Positions 1 to 8,988 of a stretch of 64,000 nt of DNA are shown here, in pieces. Made by a program: the position numbers and the translations under genes. Numbering within the stretch: position 1 is the first letter of the stretch; the number at the start of each line of letters is the position of its first letter. Source of the DNA: an uncultured Acidimicrobiia bacterium. GTDB lineage: Bacteria; Actinomycetota; Acidimicrobiia; Spongiisociales; UBA5794. The DNA is taken from the NCBI GenBank assembly GCA_963821095.1, contig CAWGCJ010000014.1, positions 1,410 to 65,409 of the forward strand. The letters run 5' to 3'. The notes beneath the pieces are model-generated. The model made no database searches. It was not told the DNA's origin and was given only the letters and a program-made list of their open reading frames with translations.

Positions 1-1
1 G

Positions 2-193
2 GAGGAACTCGATGCGTTACGCCCCCCGATCGACGGAAACGACGTCATGGCCTACCTCGGCCTCGCTCCGGGTCCGCTCGTCGGCGAGATCATGAGGGAG
101 TTGCTGGAACGCCGGATCGAAGATGGGCCGTACTCGGTTGATGAGGCACATGCCCTGCTCGACGCGTGGCGGGAAGGCCACGACCAAGGCTGA
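2..193 (+). CDS. C-terminal end of CCA-adding enzyme / poly(A) polymerase-family tRNA nucleotidyltransferase (5' part lies outside the window)
   Basis: The frame is open from the window edge to TGA 191-193. Translation EELDALRPPIDGNDVMAYLGLAPGPLVGEIMRELLERRIEDGPYSVDEAHALLDAWREGHDQG resembles the conserved C-terminal region of actinobacterial CCA/PcnA enzymes (recognised from memory). Confidence 0.6.
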   Translation, partial: EELDALRPPIDGNDVMAYLGLAPGPLVGEIMRELLERRIEDGPYSVDEAHALLDAWREGHDQG

Positions 194-199
194 CCGTCG

Positions 200-218
200 G
201 TCGGACAAGGGGTCCGAC
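200..218 (+). terminator. Candidate stem-loop between convergent genes (GTCGGAC-AAGGG-GTCCGAC)
   Basis: A 7-bp perfect stem lies 7 nt after the stop at 193. There is no clear U-tract. Confidence 0.3.
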
Positions 219-339
219 GTTCTGCAGTGCTCACCGACCGCGTGCCGACCGGGCGTTCGATGGTTTGAGCGTACGCGGCGCGGGGATGACACGAGGCGCG
301 CCCATCAGTTTCGCCGTGGGTGCGGTGGGTTCGTAGCGT

Positions 340-2532
340 CTAGTCGCGGATGCGGGGATCAGGGCCGTGTCCGAAGCGAGTCACGCCCACGATGCCCAGC
401 ACCACCGCGGCAACCGCTCCGGCGGTGGCCAGCAGGAAGCCGATGCCGATGTCCGCTTCGCGGGCGTAGGCGTAGACCGCGGCCAGAGCCAGGATTCCAC
501 CACCGAGGGCGAAGATGGATCCGGCGATGCGCCGGTCTTGGCGCCATCCGAGATACGCCCCGCCGGCGACGGCAAAGGCGGCCATGGCAGAGACCAGCCG
601 TTCAACCGGAAAGGAGTCCGACAGCGCGTAGATTCCCCAGGACAGCAGGGCGCCGACTACGAGGGCGATGGCCGTGAAGAACATGGCCATGGTCAGCGGA
701 GTGCTCAGCACGTTCTCGTCCGAGTAGTTCTCGGCAGACCGGGTTCGCAATGCATCAAATCGACTGGGGACCACCCCGCCGATCTGGTCCTCTTCGGGAA
801 CGGCATCGCCGTTCACATCGGCGATCCAGGCACTGATCTCCTCCTGGGTTGCCATGTCGGCTCCGTGCTCGGGCCGGGCCGCGAGGTCTTCGTCGGGTTC
901 CACCGTGACGTAGCGGTCCGGTGTGGCGACGGCAGCGATTCCGGCGATGGCAGGCACGTCGCGTCCCGCCGCATCCGACACATCGTCGCCTGCAGGAGTT
1001 GCCGGTTCTTCGGTCGGGCCGCTCACCGAGGCGCCGAGTGCTTCGGCGTCCGTCTCGTGGCGAGGAACTGTCTCCTCCAGCAAAGGTGCGGCGTGGTGTG
1101 TTTCCGGCTCGGAGGCAACGGCCTCCGGAATCGGTTCCACGGCGGGCTCAGCGGGCTTGTCCGGTTCGGGCCAGCGGCCGGTCACCACCGGAGGCGCATC
1201 CCACCCTGCAACCGCCGAGACGGCGTCACCGGTAGGTGTCCCGTTCGGCGCGACAAGCGAATCCTCGCTCCACGATTCGGTCGCGGGGAGGTCGGTTTCC
1301 GGCGCGGAACCGATGTCATTGCTCACCGCTACCGGGGTGACTGGCTCCACGGCCATGAGGGACTCATCGGCAGGTTCTGCGATTGGTTCCGCCGGGGTGG
1401 TGTCGAAGATGGGTTCTGGTGCGGCGAAGTCGAAGGCGGGTTCAGGGGTGGGTTCTGCGATTGGTACTGCCGGGGTGGTGTCGAAGATGGGTTCTGGTGC
1501 GGCGAAGCTGAAGGCGGGTTCAGGGGTGGGTTCTGCGGCTGAAGCCGGTTGCGGAGGCTCGATGGTCGTTTCCGCAACGGACTCGAGCATTGGTGGTGGG
1601 GTCGGGGCAAACGAGATGGACGACTCCTTCTCCTCAGCGGCGGGGGGCATTTCCTCCGCAGCTTCGGCGGAGTCGGTCCAGGAGGGTGGAGCAGCAGCGT
1701 CGATGAGAGGGGGGTTCTCAGACGATTCATCGGTTGCGGAACCGGCGAAATCGGGGATCGTCTCGATGGACGGTTCGGGCGTCGGCGCTCCATGGTCCGC
1801 CGGGTCGCTAATCGGTGCCGACGGAAGGTACTCATCGTCAACAAAGGCGGGCATGTCGGGATTGGTTGAGAAGCCGGGTTCGGGGTCTGCGGGGAGGTCT
1901 TGTTCGGTGAGGAAGGCGGGCATGTCTGCTGGGGTGGTGACGTCGGGTTCGGGGTCTGCGGGGAGGTTCTGTTCGGTGAGGAAGGCGGGCATGTCTGCTG
2001 GGGTGGTGACGTCGGGTTCGGGGTCTGCGGGGAGGTTTTCTTCGGTGAGGAAGGCGGGCATGTCTGCTGGGGTGGTGACGCCGGGTTCGACCGCAATGGC
2101 GGCCTCGGTGGCGGCTTCCGCAGACTGGTTCGGTTGGATGTCGTCCGCCGGCGGGGGAGGCGGCGGCACCACAACGGCCGGCTGCGCCGGCTCGAGTTCG
2201 GCTGCTGATTCGGAATCCGTGGTCTTGGCGCGTCCCGAGCGGAACCCGAACCGTCGCCGCTTCTCGCGTTTCGGCTCTGCCACAGCAACTCCTGCACCAA
2301 CCGCGTCGGCGAACACGGTCATGTCGGGAGTCGTCAGTACGAGGTCTTCACCGTCGGCGCGCAGGTTGAATGCCCCAGCCGTCTGCTCGACCTCGATCTC
2401 CTCGAGGCTCCAAACCCCGATCTCGGATCCGCCCGCCGTGAGCGTCAGCATCCCAGCGTTGACCTCAACCGTGGCGGCAACGGCCGACTCTGGTTCGCCG
2501 GCTAATGCAACTACACCACTGAAGGAGTTCAT
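340..2532 (-). CDS. Repeat-rich acidic Pro/Thr/Glu-rich membrane-anchored protein; family not recognised
   Basis: 730-aa ORF with three parts. The N-terminal ~80 aa look globular (GMLTLTAGGSEIGVWSLEEIEVEQTAGAFNLRADGEDLVLTT). A low-complexity region of ~480 aa carries two tandem repeat families. The C-terminus has about 4 hydrophobic helices (e.g. LTMAMFFTAIALVVGALLSWGIYAL, IGFLLATAGAVAAVVLGIVGV). Confidence 0.7.
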   Translation of the reverse strand: MNSFSGVVALAGEPESAVAATVEVNAGMLTLTAGGSEIGVWSLEEIEVEQTAGAFNLRADGEDLVLTTPDMTVFADAVGAGVAVAEPKREKRRRFGFRSGRAKTTDSESAAELEPAQPAVVVPPPPPPADDIQPNQSAEAATEAAIAVEPGVTTPADMPAFLTEENLPADPEPDVTTPADMPAFLTEQNLPADPEPDVTTPADMPAFLTEQDLPADPEPGFSTNPDMPAFVDDEYLPSAPISDPADHGAPTPEPSIETIPDFAGSATDESSENPPLIDAAAPPSWTDSAEAAEEMPPAAEEKESSISFAPTPPPMLESVAETTIEPPQPASAAEPTPEPAFSFAAPEPIFDTTPAVPIAEPTPEPAFDFAAPEPIFDTTPAEPIAEPADESLMAVEPVTPVAVSNDIGSAPETDLPATESWSEDSLVAPNGTPTGDAVSAVAGWDAPPVVTGRWPEPDKPAEPAVEPIPEAVASEPETHHAAPLLEETVPRHETDAEALGASVSGPTEEPATPAGDDVSDAAGRDVPAIAGIAAVATPDRYVTVEPDEDLAARPEHGADMATQEEISAWIADVNGDAVPEEDQIGGVVPSRFDALRTRSAENYSDENVLSTPLTMAMFFTAIALVVGALLSWGIYALSDSFPVERLVSAMAAFAVAGGAYLGWRQDRRIAGSIFALGGGILALAAVYAYAREADIGIGFLLATAGAVAAVVLGIVGVTRFGHGPDPRIRD
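1375..1533 (-). repeat. In-frame tandem repeat, 2 copies of 78 bp (26 aa: EPTPEPAF-x-FAAPEPIFDTTPA-x-PIA)
   Basis: Near-identical 78-bp units are visible at about 1373-1450 and 1451-1528. They lie inside the 340..2532 CDS. Confidence 0.85.
1825..2082 (-). repeat. In-frame tandem repeat, about 3.5 copies of 69 bp (23 aa: DVTTPADMPAFLTEQNLPADPEP)
   Basis: The unit GGCGGGCATGTCTGCTGGGGTGGTGACGTCGGGTTCGGGGTCTGCGGGGAGGTTCTGTTCGGTGAGGAA recurs at about 1914, 1983 and 2052. A degenerate copy lies at about 1846. Confidence 0.85.
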
Positions 2533-2640
2533 TCTTTACCTCAGAGTCGCGAAAACGCACGTGACCAATTCACTTGCTGACAATCGGCGGAGGCCGCGTC
2601 GCACTTGAGGGATTGATGGGTGGTGAAAAATGGCGCCCCG

Positions 2641-3840
2641 CTAGCTTCTCGGGACGTCCTTCCAGGCGACGGCCTTGTCGACCCGCGGCTCACCGGGTAG
2701 CCCAAGTACCTGTTCGCCGAGGATGTTCTTCATGATCTCGGACGTTCCGCCTTCGATCGAGTTGGCGCGCGCCCGCAGGAACCGGCGCCGGATGTCGACG
2801 AGGGCCTCGTCGGAGGGGTCGGGCTGGATGAACTCGTACGTGTCGTACAGCATCCCCTCGGCTCCGAGCAACTCGACGGCGAACTCGTAGATCTTCTTGT
2901 TGAGTTCGGCATAGACGAGTTTTGCCGTCGACCCTTCCGGCCCCGGGGTTCCCGTGGTCCGGTTTCTGTAGGCCCTCAGATTGGTGAGGCGAGCGGCCTC
3001 GGCGGCAACCCAGAGTCGCATGAGTCGGTCCCGGCTCGAGTCGTCGCCGCCGGTCTCGGCCCAGACGTCGAGGAGCTCACCGATCGGGCCATCGTTGCGT
3101 GGAACCGGGGTGGCGCCGATGGCGACACGTTCGTTCATCAATGTGGTCAGGGTTACTCGCCACCCATCGCCGCGTTCGCCGACCCGGTTGGAGTCGGGAA
3201 TCCTGGCATCGGTGAGATAGACCTCGTTGAACTCGGCTTCCCCCGTGATCTGGCGGAGGGGTCGCACCTCGACACCGTCTGCCTGCATGTCGATGATGAA
3301 GTACGTCATGCCCTTGTGCTTGGGAAGATCGGGATCGGTGCGTGCCACCAACATGCCCCACTTGGCGATGTGCGCCACCGTCGTCCACACTTTTTGGCCG
3401 TTGACCACCCATTCGTCGCCATCTTGGATGGCCCGAGTGGCCAGGCCGGCAACGTCGCTACCGGCGCCGGGCTCACTGAAGAGCTGGCACCAGACCTCTT
3501 CGCCGGTGAACATCGGACGGAGGTATCGGGCCTGCTGCGCCGCGTTGCCGTGGGCGACCAGCATCGGTGCACCCATCCCGTGGCCGAGCACGTCGAAGAA
3601 CCGAGGCCGATGCGGAGTAACGGGGTCGAGACGTGTGTCGATGAGTTGCTGGTAGCGCGGGGGCAACCCGAGGCCACCGAGCCCAACCGGAAAGTGAACC
3701 CACGCCAGACCAAGGTCGAACTGGGCACCCATAAAGGCGGCCCGGTTCCCGTTCGGGTCGTTCTCGGCAACCAGCTGGTCGACCAGGTCGACGACCCGCT
3801 GTTCGTCGGGAGAGTTCGGGGTGGGGGACGTCACGGTCAT
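2641..3840 (-). CDS. Acyl-CoA dehydrogenase family protein
   Basis: Motifs typical of the family are present: FSEPGAGSDVAGLATRA, WVVNGQKVWTT and a C-terminal GGTSEIMKNILGE. I prefer the ATG at 3840, preceded by GGAGGAGAA, over the ORF-track start at 3894. Confidence 0.9.
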   Translation of the reverse strand: MTVTSPTPNSPDEQRVVDLVDQLVAENDPNGNRAAFMGAQFDLGLAWVHFPVGLGGLGLPPRYQQLIDTRLDPVTPHRPRFFDVLGHGMGAPMLVAHGNAAQQARYLRPMFTGEEVWCQLFSEPGAGSDVAGLATRAIQDGDEWVVNGQKVWTTVAHIAKWGMLVARTDPDLPKHKGMTYFIIDMQADGVEVRPLRQITGEAEFNEVYLTDARIPDSNRVGERGDGWRVTLTTLMNERVAIGATPVPRNDGPIGELLDVWAETGGDDSSRDRLMRLWVAAEAARLTNLRAYRNRTTGTPGPEGSTAKLVYAELNKKIYEFAVELLGAEGMLYDTYEFIQPDPSDEALVDIRRRFLRARANSIEGGTSEIMKNILGEQVLGLPGEPRVDKAVAWKDVPRS

Positions 3841-3951
3841 CGGTTCTCCTCCGCTGGCGCAGGGTCTGCTCCAAAAATAGCCGCCACACGCCACGCGAGC
3901 TAGGAGACTGGTGTGGCTATCGTCTGGCGCTCGTTGAGCGGTGGGGAGAGT

Positions 3952-5112
3952 ATGAGGATTGCGTGGCGTTCAGGCGCACAGTATCTGGGCATGGGCCTGG
4001 CTGTGACTGCGCTTGCCCTCGCCGGCTGCTCGGATTCTGAGTCGACACCAACCGACACCCAACCCCCTAGTCCAGATACGACGGTGCTCGAGGTGCCGGA
4101 GCCACAGCCCGTGGAGTGCTCACCGGAGTCTTTGCCAGTTGTCGATGAGAACCTGGTCCCGGAGTGTGGTGTGCTGTTCGGGACCCTTGACCCGCCCGAC
4201 ACCGTTGTTGCCGCAACGGAGACTCCCATTGGTCTCGAGCATCAGCGCACCTTGATTCAGCAGTCGGGCTCATCGTCGGCAGACTTCGAGTTTGGAATCA
4301 CCCGTCGCTACGAACGGGGACCTGACGATGCCGCCCAGGGACTGAAGAAGCTCCTGAGACAGGCGTCCGGCGCCACAGGTCGACGAATCTACTTCAGCTG
4401 GAAGGTCGACGTCGGCGAAGGGGCGTGGGCGGCCGTCGCAGCCGGCAGCTACGACGACGTCCTGAAGTCAGTGGCGGTGACCATCGACCGGAGCGACCAA
4501 ACCGTCTTTCTCACCATCCACCACGAACCCGAAAACGATGCTGAGGGGACGCCCGAGGAGTATGTCGCCATGTGGCGGCACGTCCACGAGGTCATCGAGA
4601 CGGAATTGGCCAACCGGCCGGGTGGCGGCTCCGTGGCGTGGGTGATGAACTACAAAGGTCACATCGACGGCGGAGGCCTCGATGAGGTGGATGCGTACTA
4701 CCCCGGGAACAGCTACGTCGACTGGATCGCCTTCAATCCGTACAACTGGAAGTACTGCGGCGGTGAGAGTTGGCAGTCGTTTGCCGAGGTGGCGCGCCCA
4801 ATGGTCGAATACCTCACCAGCAACGGCCGCTACCTGACCGCGGGGGAAGCGAAGCCACTGATGGTCGGGGAAACCGGTGCCCACGAAGGAAGATCGGATG
4901 CCGAGAGCAAGGCCCAGTGGTTTGCCGACATGAGCGCAACGCTGCAGTCCGAAGAGTTCGCCGCCATCAAGGCCGTCGTGTATTTCAACCAGGTCGATCC
5001 GACCTTCTGCGATTGGTACTGGGATTCATCGCCGGAAGCGGCTGCGGCTTTCACCGCTCTGGTGACGGACCCGTTTTTCCACCCGGCGTCGGTGGGGACG
5101 GAATCACCCTGA
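3952..5112 (+). CDS. Secreted lipoprotein, clan GH-A (GH26/GH5-like) glycoside hydrolase fold
   Basis: Signal peptide plus lipobox (LALAGC). A candidate acid/base motif IHHEPEND and candidate nucleophile MVGETG fit a (beta/alpha)8 glycosidase. The ATG at 3952 follows GGGGAGAG. The family assignment is tentative. Confidence 0.6.
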   Translation: MRIAWRSGAQYLGMGLAVTALALAGCSDSESTPTDTQPPSPDTTVLEVPEPQPVECSPESLPVVDENLVPECGVLFGTLDPPDTVVAATETPIGLEHQRTLIQQSGSSSADFEFGITRRYERGPDDAAQGLKKLLRQASGATGRRIYFSWKVDVGEGAWAAVAAGSYDDVLKSVAVTIDRSDQTVFLTIHHEPENDAEGTPEEYVAMWRHVHEVIETELANRPGGGSVAWVMNYKGHIDGGGLDEVDAYYPGNSYVDWIAFNPYNWKYCGGESWQSFAEVARPMVEYLTSNGRYLTAGEAKPLMVGETGAHEGRSDAESKAQWFADMSATLQSEEFAAIKAVVYFNQVDPTFCDWYWDSSPEAAAAFTALVTDPFFHPASVGTESP

Positions 5113-5334
5113 GTCTTCGCCCGCCGTCTCGACTGAATCCGCAGGCTCGCTCGATTGCCGATGGTCGGCCGCCTGTTGTTCGGCCTGGCGTTTGGCAGCA
5201 CGAGACTCCGCAAATCGGACCCCGATCACGGCGAGCACGATCGGCACTGCAAACATGAGGATCTCGTCCCACCCGAACTGGTGAGCAAAGATTGGTGTGG
5301 GGACGATGAGCGGCGGCATGTGCTGGTACAGCAT
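5104..5334 (-). CDS. Small hypothetical membrane protein (76 aa)
   Basis: One clear hydrophobic helix (ILMFAVPIVLAVIGV) followed by a charged tail. No obvious SD. The 3' end overlaps the convergent hydrolase gene by 9 nt. Confidence 0.4.
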   Translation of the reverse strand: MLYQHMPPLIVPTPIFAHQFGWDEILMFAVPIVLAVIGVRFAESRAAKRQAEQQAADHRQSSEPADSVETAGEDSG

Positions 5335-5386
5335 CGCGTACCGAAGCGGCAGCGCAACTCGGTCGTCGGCGGGGCTGACGACGCCC

Positions 5387-5415
5387 TTGCCTAAACATGC
5401 GCATATGCGTATAGT
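5387..5415 (+). promoter_or_regulatory. Candidate sigma-70-type promoter of the arg operon (-35 TTGCCT 5387-5392, 17-nt spacer, -10 TATAGT 5410-5415); predicts a leaderless or near-leaderless argC mRNA
   Basis: The hexamers were read directly from the sequence. The -10 ends 9 nt before the argC ATG (5425), and no SD lies upstream of argC. Confidence 0.45.
5397..5412. promoter_or_regulatory. Candidate ArgR operator (ARG box-like palindrome ATGCGCATATGCGTAT)
   Basis: 16-bp palindrome with one mismatched pair and a perfect 10-bp core CGCATATGCG. It overlaps the putative -10 of the operon that itself encodes argR. Confidence 0.45.
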
Positions 5416-5424
5416 CCCCGCTCC

Positions 5425-6456
5425 ATGTCGATCTCAACGGCAATTCTCGGAGCCTCCGGCTACGCCGGTGGCGAACTGATCCGGCTCGTCGATGGGCATC
5501 CCGCCCTCGACGTCGCCTACCTCGGTGCCCACAGCCGCGCCGGGGCGCTGCTTGGTGAGGTCCACCCTCAACTCGACGGCGGAAAGCGGCCGCTGGGCTC
5601 ACTCGACCCGACCGCGGTGCCGCCGGTCGATCTGGCGTTTCTTGCCCTGCCTCACGGCGCCTCGGCCGAACCTGCGATGGCGCTGCTCGAGCGGGGGATC
5701 TGGGTCGTCGACCTGGGGTCGGACTTCCGGATGGATTCCCTGGATCGGTATGTTGCGGCATATGGCCCCGACCATCCCTACCCCGAGCAGTTGGGGGCGT
5801 GGGCGTACGGGCTGCCCGAGTTGTTTGGGGCACAGATCGCGGCCACCGACCGCACCGCGGCGCCGGGGTGCTACCCGACGTCGGCGATCTTGGCGGTGGC
5901 GCCGCTTGGAGCGGCAGGTCTCATCGCCAACGGCACCGTCGTGGTGGATTCGGCATCAGGCGCCTCAGGTGCGGGGCGGGCGGCGAAGGCAAACCTGACG
6001 TTTGGCGCCGTCGACGAGTCATTTGGTGCGTATGGGGTGCTGACGCATCGCCATCGGCCCGAAATGGAGCAAGGCATCGGCATGGTTGCCGGCTCCGACC
6101 CCACGATTGTCTTCACTCCTCACCTGGTTCCGATGCAGCGCGGCATTCTCTCGACTTGCTACGTGCCGGTGGATGCTGAGGTGACGGTAGATGACCTGAA
6201 GATTGTCTTCGACCGTGCATATGCGGACGCTCCGTTTGTCTCCATGATCGATACCCCTCCCCAGACCCGTTGGGTGGTCGGCTCGAATCGATGTCTGTTG
6301 TCGGTCCATCTCGACGAACGCAGCGGGACGGCGGTGGTGCTGGCGGCAATCGACAACCTTCTCAAGGGAGCCGCCGGACAGGCGATCCAGTGCGCCAATC
6401 TGATGCTCGACCTGCCGGAATCTGCCGGCCTGCCGACCACAGGATGGATGCCGTGA
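5425..6456 (+). CDS. argC: N-acetyl-gamma-glutamyl-phosphate reductase
   Basis: N-terminal ILGASGYAGGELIRL NAD-binding motif, active-site region APGCYPTS and C-terminal DNLLKGAAGQA. Confidence 0.95.
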   Translation: MSISTAILGASGYAGGELIRLVDGHPALDVAYLGAHSRAGALLGEVHPQLDGGKRPLGSLDPTAVPPVDLAFLALPHGASAEPAMALLERGIWVVDLGSDFRMDSLDRYVAAYGPDHPYPEQLGAWAYGLPELFGAQIAATDRTAAPGCYPTSAILAVAPLGAAGLIANGTVVVDSASGASGAGRAAKANLTFGAVDESFGAYGVLTHRHRPEMEQGIGMVAGSDPTIVFTPHLVPMQRGILSTCYVPVDAEVTVDDLKIVFDRAYADAPFVSMIDTPPQTRWVVGSNRCLLSVHLDERSGTAVVLAAIDNLLKGAAGQAIQCANLMLDLPESAGLPTTGWMP

Positions 6457-7616
6457 GTGTGACGACACCGCGGGGGTTTGCGGCTGCGGGTATTGCGGCA
6501 GACATCAAGGAGGGCGGCGTTCTCGACCTTGCGATAGTGGCGGCCGATCAACCAGCCGTCGCAGCTGCTGTGTTCACGGTGAACCGCGCCGCCGCGGCTC
6601 CGGTCGTCCTCAGCCGGCGCCATCTTGCCGCGAGCGACGTCTTCAAGGCCGTGGTGATCAACGCCGGATGTGCCAATGCGGCGACCGGGGCGGCGGGCGA
6701 CGCGGCCGCCCTGGCCACGGCATCGGCCGCAGCCGCACATCTCGGCTGTCACGCCACCGAGATCCTGATTGCGTCGACCGGCACGATTGGGACACCGTTG
6801 CCCATCGACAAGGTGCTGGCAGGTCTCGGGGTTGCCACCGGTCGGCTCGGAGCGGGTCTGGCCGACGGCCACAGTGCCGCCGAGGCGATCATGACCACGG
6901 ACACCGTGCCCAAGGAGACGGTCGCTCGCGGGGACGGATTCAGCGTGGGAGGTATGGCCAAAGGAGCCGGCATGGTGCGGCCCGACATGGCAACGATGTT
7001 GGCGGTGCTGACCACGGATGCCGTTGTCGAAGCCTCCGAGTTTCAAGCGGCGCTCGAGGTCGCCGTCGACGAGTCGTTTCACGCCCTCAACATCGACGGT
7101 TGCCCATCCACCAATGACTCTGTGTTCGCGCTGGCCTCGGGAGCGTCGGGCGTTCGTCCCGAGCAAGCGGAACTGGCGGATGTGCTGGCCACGGCAGCGC
7201 GCGATCTCGCCGGACAGCTGGCCGCCGACGCTGAAGGTGCTTCGCGAGTCATCACCATCGAGGTATCCGGCGCTCCCGATGTGGCGACGGCGCGCCGGGC
7301 CGGCCGCCACATCGCCGACTCGGGTTTGGTCCGGGCTTCCTTCTACGGCGGCGACCCCAACTGGGGCAGGGTGGTCGGGGCCCTCGGCGCGGCACCCGTC
7401 GACGTTGACCAGCGTCAGGTCGGAGTGGCGTACGCGGGCGTGACCGTCGCGGCCGAGGGGGTCGCGGTGCCGTTTGACGAGATGGCCTTGCTCGCCACCC
7501 TCGCCACCGGCGATTTCCGGGTATCGGTCTCGATCGGCAACGGACCGGGATCGGCTGCGGTGCTCACGACCGACCTGACCCCGGAATACGTGCGATTCAA
7601 CGGAGAGCGGAGCTGA
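6444..7616 (+). CDS. argJ: Bifunctional glutamate N-acetyltransferase / amino-acid acetyltransferase (ornithine acetyltransferase)
   Basis: MDAVSVTTPRGFAAAGIAADIK start and the autoprocessing site PDMATMLAVLTTDA. The ATG at 6444 overlaps the argC stop by 13 nt. The upstream part of the track ORF (from 6270) is inside argC. Confidence 0.95.
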   Translation: MDAVSVTTPRGFAAAGIAADIKEGGVLDLAIVAADQPAVAAAVFTVNRAAAAPVVLSRRHLAASDVFKAVVINAGCANAATGAAGDAAALATASAAAAHLGCHATEILIASTGTIGTPLPIDKVLAGLGVATGRLGAGLADGHSAAEAIMTTDTVPKETVARGDGFSVGGMAKGAGMVRPDMATMLAVLTTDAVVEASEFQAALEVAVDESFHALNIDGCPSTNDSVFALASGASGVRPEQAELADVLATAARDLAGQLAADAEGASRVITIEVSGAPDVATARRAGRHIADSGLVRASFYGGDPNWGRVVGALGAAPVDVDQRQVGVAYAGVTVAAEGVAVPFDEMALLATLATGDFRVSVSIGNGPGSAAVLTTDLTPEYVRFNGERS

Positions 7617-7618
7617 GG

Positions 7619-8524
7619 ATGGCGACCGGACACTCGACACCACATCCGGCCAAGCCCCGCATCGCCAAGACGATGGGCAAGGCCCGCATCTTCAGCGAGG
7701 CCATGCCCTTCATCAGGGCCTATCGCGGCCAGACGGTGGTGATCAAGTACGGCGGATCCGCCATGGTCGACGATTCGCTCCGCAGCACGTTTGCCGACGA
7801 CGTCGCCATGCTGCACTACGTCGGGATCCGACCTGTCATCGTGCACGGTGGCGGACCGCAGATCTCGATCGCCATGGGCCAGCGGGGCATCGAGCCGCAG
7901 TGGCACGAGGGTCTCAGGATCACCGACGCTGAGACCATCCGCGTGGTGCAGAGCACTTTGATCGGTGAGATCAACCCCGACATCGTGCGATTGGTCAATT
8001 CGCACGGCGCCGTAGCCACCGGGGTCAATGGTCTCGACGCCAACCTCTTCGTCTCCCGGCCCAAAGACAAGCGCCTGGGGTTTGTCGGTGAGGTGGCCGA
8101 GGTGAACGTCGGCATCGTGGAGGGACTGCAGGAACAAGGGTACGTGCCGGTGGTCGCCCCGCTGGCCCGGGGCGAGGACGGCGGGGTCTACAACCTGAAT
8201 GCCGACACCGCAGCCGGAGCGCTGGCGGCGGCACTTGGTGCGGGCAAGCTCATCTATCTGACGGACGTCGAGGGCTTGTACCGCGACTTGGGAGACAAAG
8301 ACTCGTTGATCGCCAGAATCACCGTTCCCGAACTCCACGAGCTACTCGAGACCGGCTCAGTGTCGGCTGGGATGCTGCCCAAACTCGACTCGTGCATGCG
8401 TGCCATCGAGAGTGGGGTAGCGCGGGCCCACATTCTCGACGGACGGCTCCAACACGCGCTGCTCCTCGAGATCTTCACCCCAGAGGGCATCGGGACCATG
8501 ATGTCGATGGAGCCGGTCCCGTGA
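7619..8524 (+). CDS. argB: Acetylglutamate kinase
   Basis: VVIKYGGSAM, VHGGGPQI and NLNADTAAGALAAAL motifs. An alternative start exists at ATG 7673. Confidence 0.95.
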   Translation: MATGHSTPHPAKPRIAKTMGKARIFSEAMPFIRAYRGQTVVIKYGGSAMVDDSLRSTFADDVAMLHYVGIRPVIVHGGGPQISIAMGQRGIEPQWHEGLRITDAETIRVVQSTLIGEINPDIVRLVNSHGAVATGVNGLDANLFVSRPKDKRLGFVGEVAEVNVGIVEGLQEQGYVPVVAPLARGEDGGVYNLNADTAAGALAAALGAGKLIYLTDVEGLYRDLGDKDSLIARITVPELHELLETGSVSAGMLPKLDSCMRAIESGVARAHILDGRLQHALLLEIFTPEGIGTMMSMEPVP

Positions 8525-8988
8525 GCCCAGCAACGGCGGGGAGGCGGAGGTTGCTGCGCAGCATCCTGACGACGCGGCCGGTGTCGAGCCAGCAGGAATT
8601 GGTCGACCTGCTTGACGAGGCCGGGTATCCGGTCACTCAAGCGACGGTATCGCGCGACCTCGATGCCCTCGGCGCCACCAAGGAACGCGGACCCAACGGC
8701 GTTGCCCGCTACACGATCGTCGATCGCGCCATCCCCGATGAAGCTGAGCGGGCGGCGGCTCGCTCGATCGCCGAGTTTGTCGAGTCCATCACCTATTCGG
8801 GCAACCTCGTCGTGCTGCGCACTCCGCCGGGGGCCGCCCACTTGGTTGCGGGAGCCATCGACCGAGCCGACCTGGAGTACGTGATCGGCACCGTAGCCGG
8901 AGACGACACGCTGATCGTTGTGGCTGCCGAGGGCCGCAGCGGGCTGCAACTCGCAAGAGATTTGGAAAAGATAGGAGAAGGGCATTGA
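8521..8988 (+). CDS. argR: Arginine repressor
   Basis: Winged-helix part [30 protein letters not shown] and C-terminal oligomerisation part [12 protein letters not shown]. The GTG at 8521 overlaps the argB stop (GTGA). The longer track ORF from 8392 lies inside argB. Confidence 0.9.
   Translation: MSPATAGRRRLLRSILTTRPVSSQQELVDLLDEAGYPVTQATVSRDLDALGATKERGPNGVARYTIVDRAIPDEAERAAARSIAEFVESITYSGNLVVLRTPPGAAHLVAGAIDRADLEYVIGTVAGDDTLIVVAAEGRSGLQLARDLEKIGEGH

Noticed and set aside
1375-2082. Regularly spaced direct repeats that could superficially suggest a CRISPR-like array
   Set aside because: The units are contiguous with no unique spacers. They are in frame, 69 and 78 bp long (multiples of three), and translate into repeated peptide modules inside one ORF.
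923-2608. 561-aa plus-strand ORF (and several shorter ones) overlapping the repeat protein gene
   Set aside because: It is antisense to the 340..2532 gene. The product is a Ser/Gly/Ala-rich mirror of the repeats with no start context. This is a typical high-GC shadow ORF.
6159-7643. 494-aa minus-strand ORF across argJ
   Set aside because: It is entirely antisense to a confidently identified argC/argJ. The composition is Arg/Gly/His-rich and no motifs are present.
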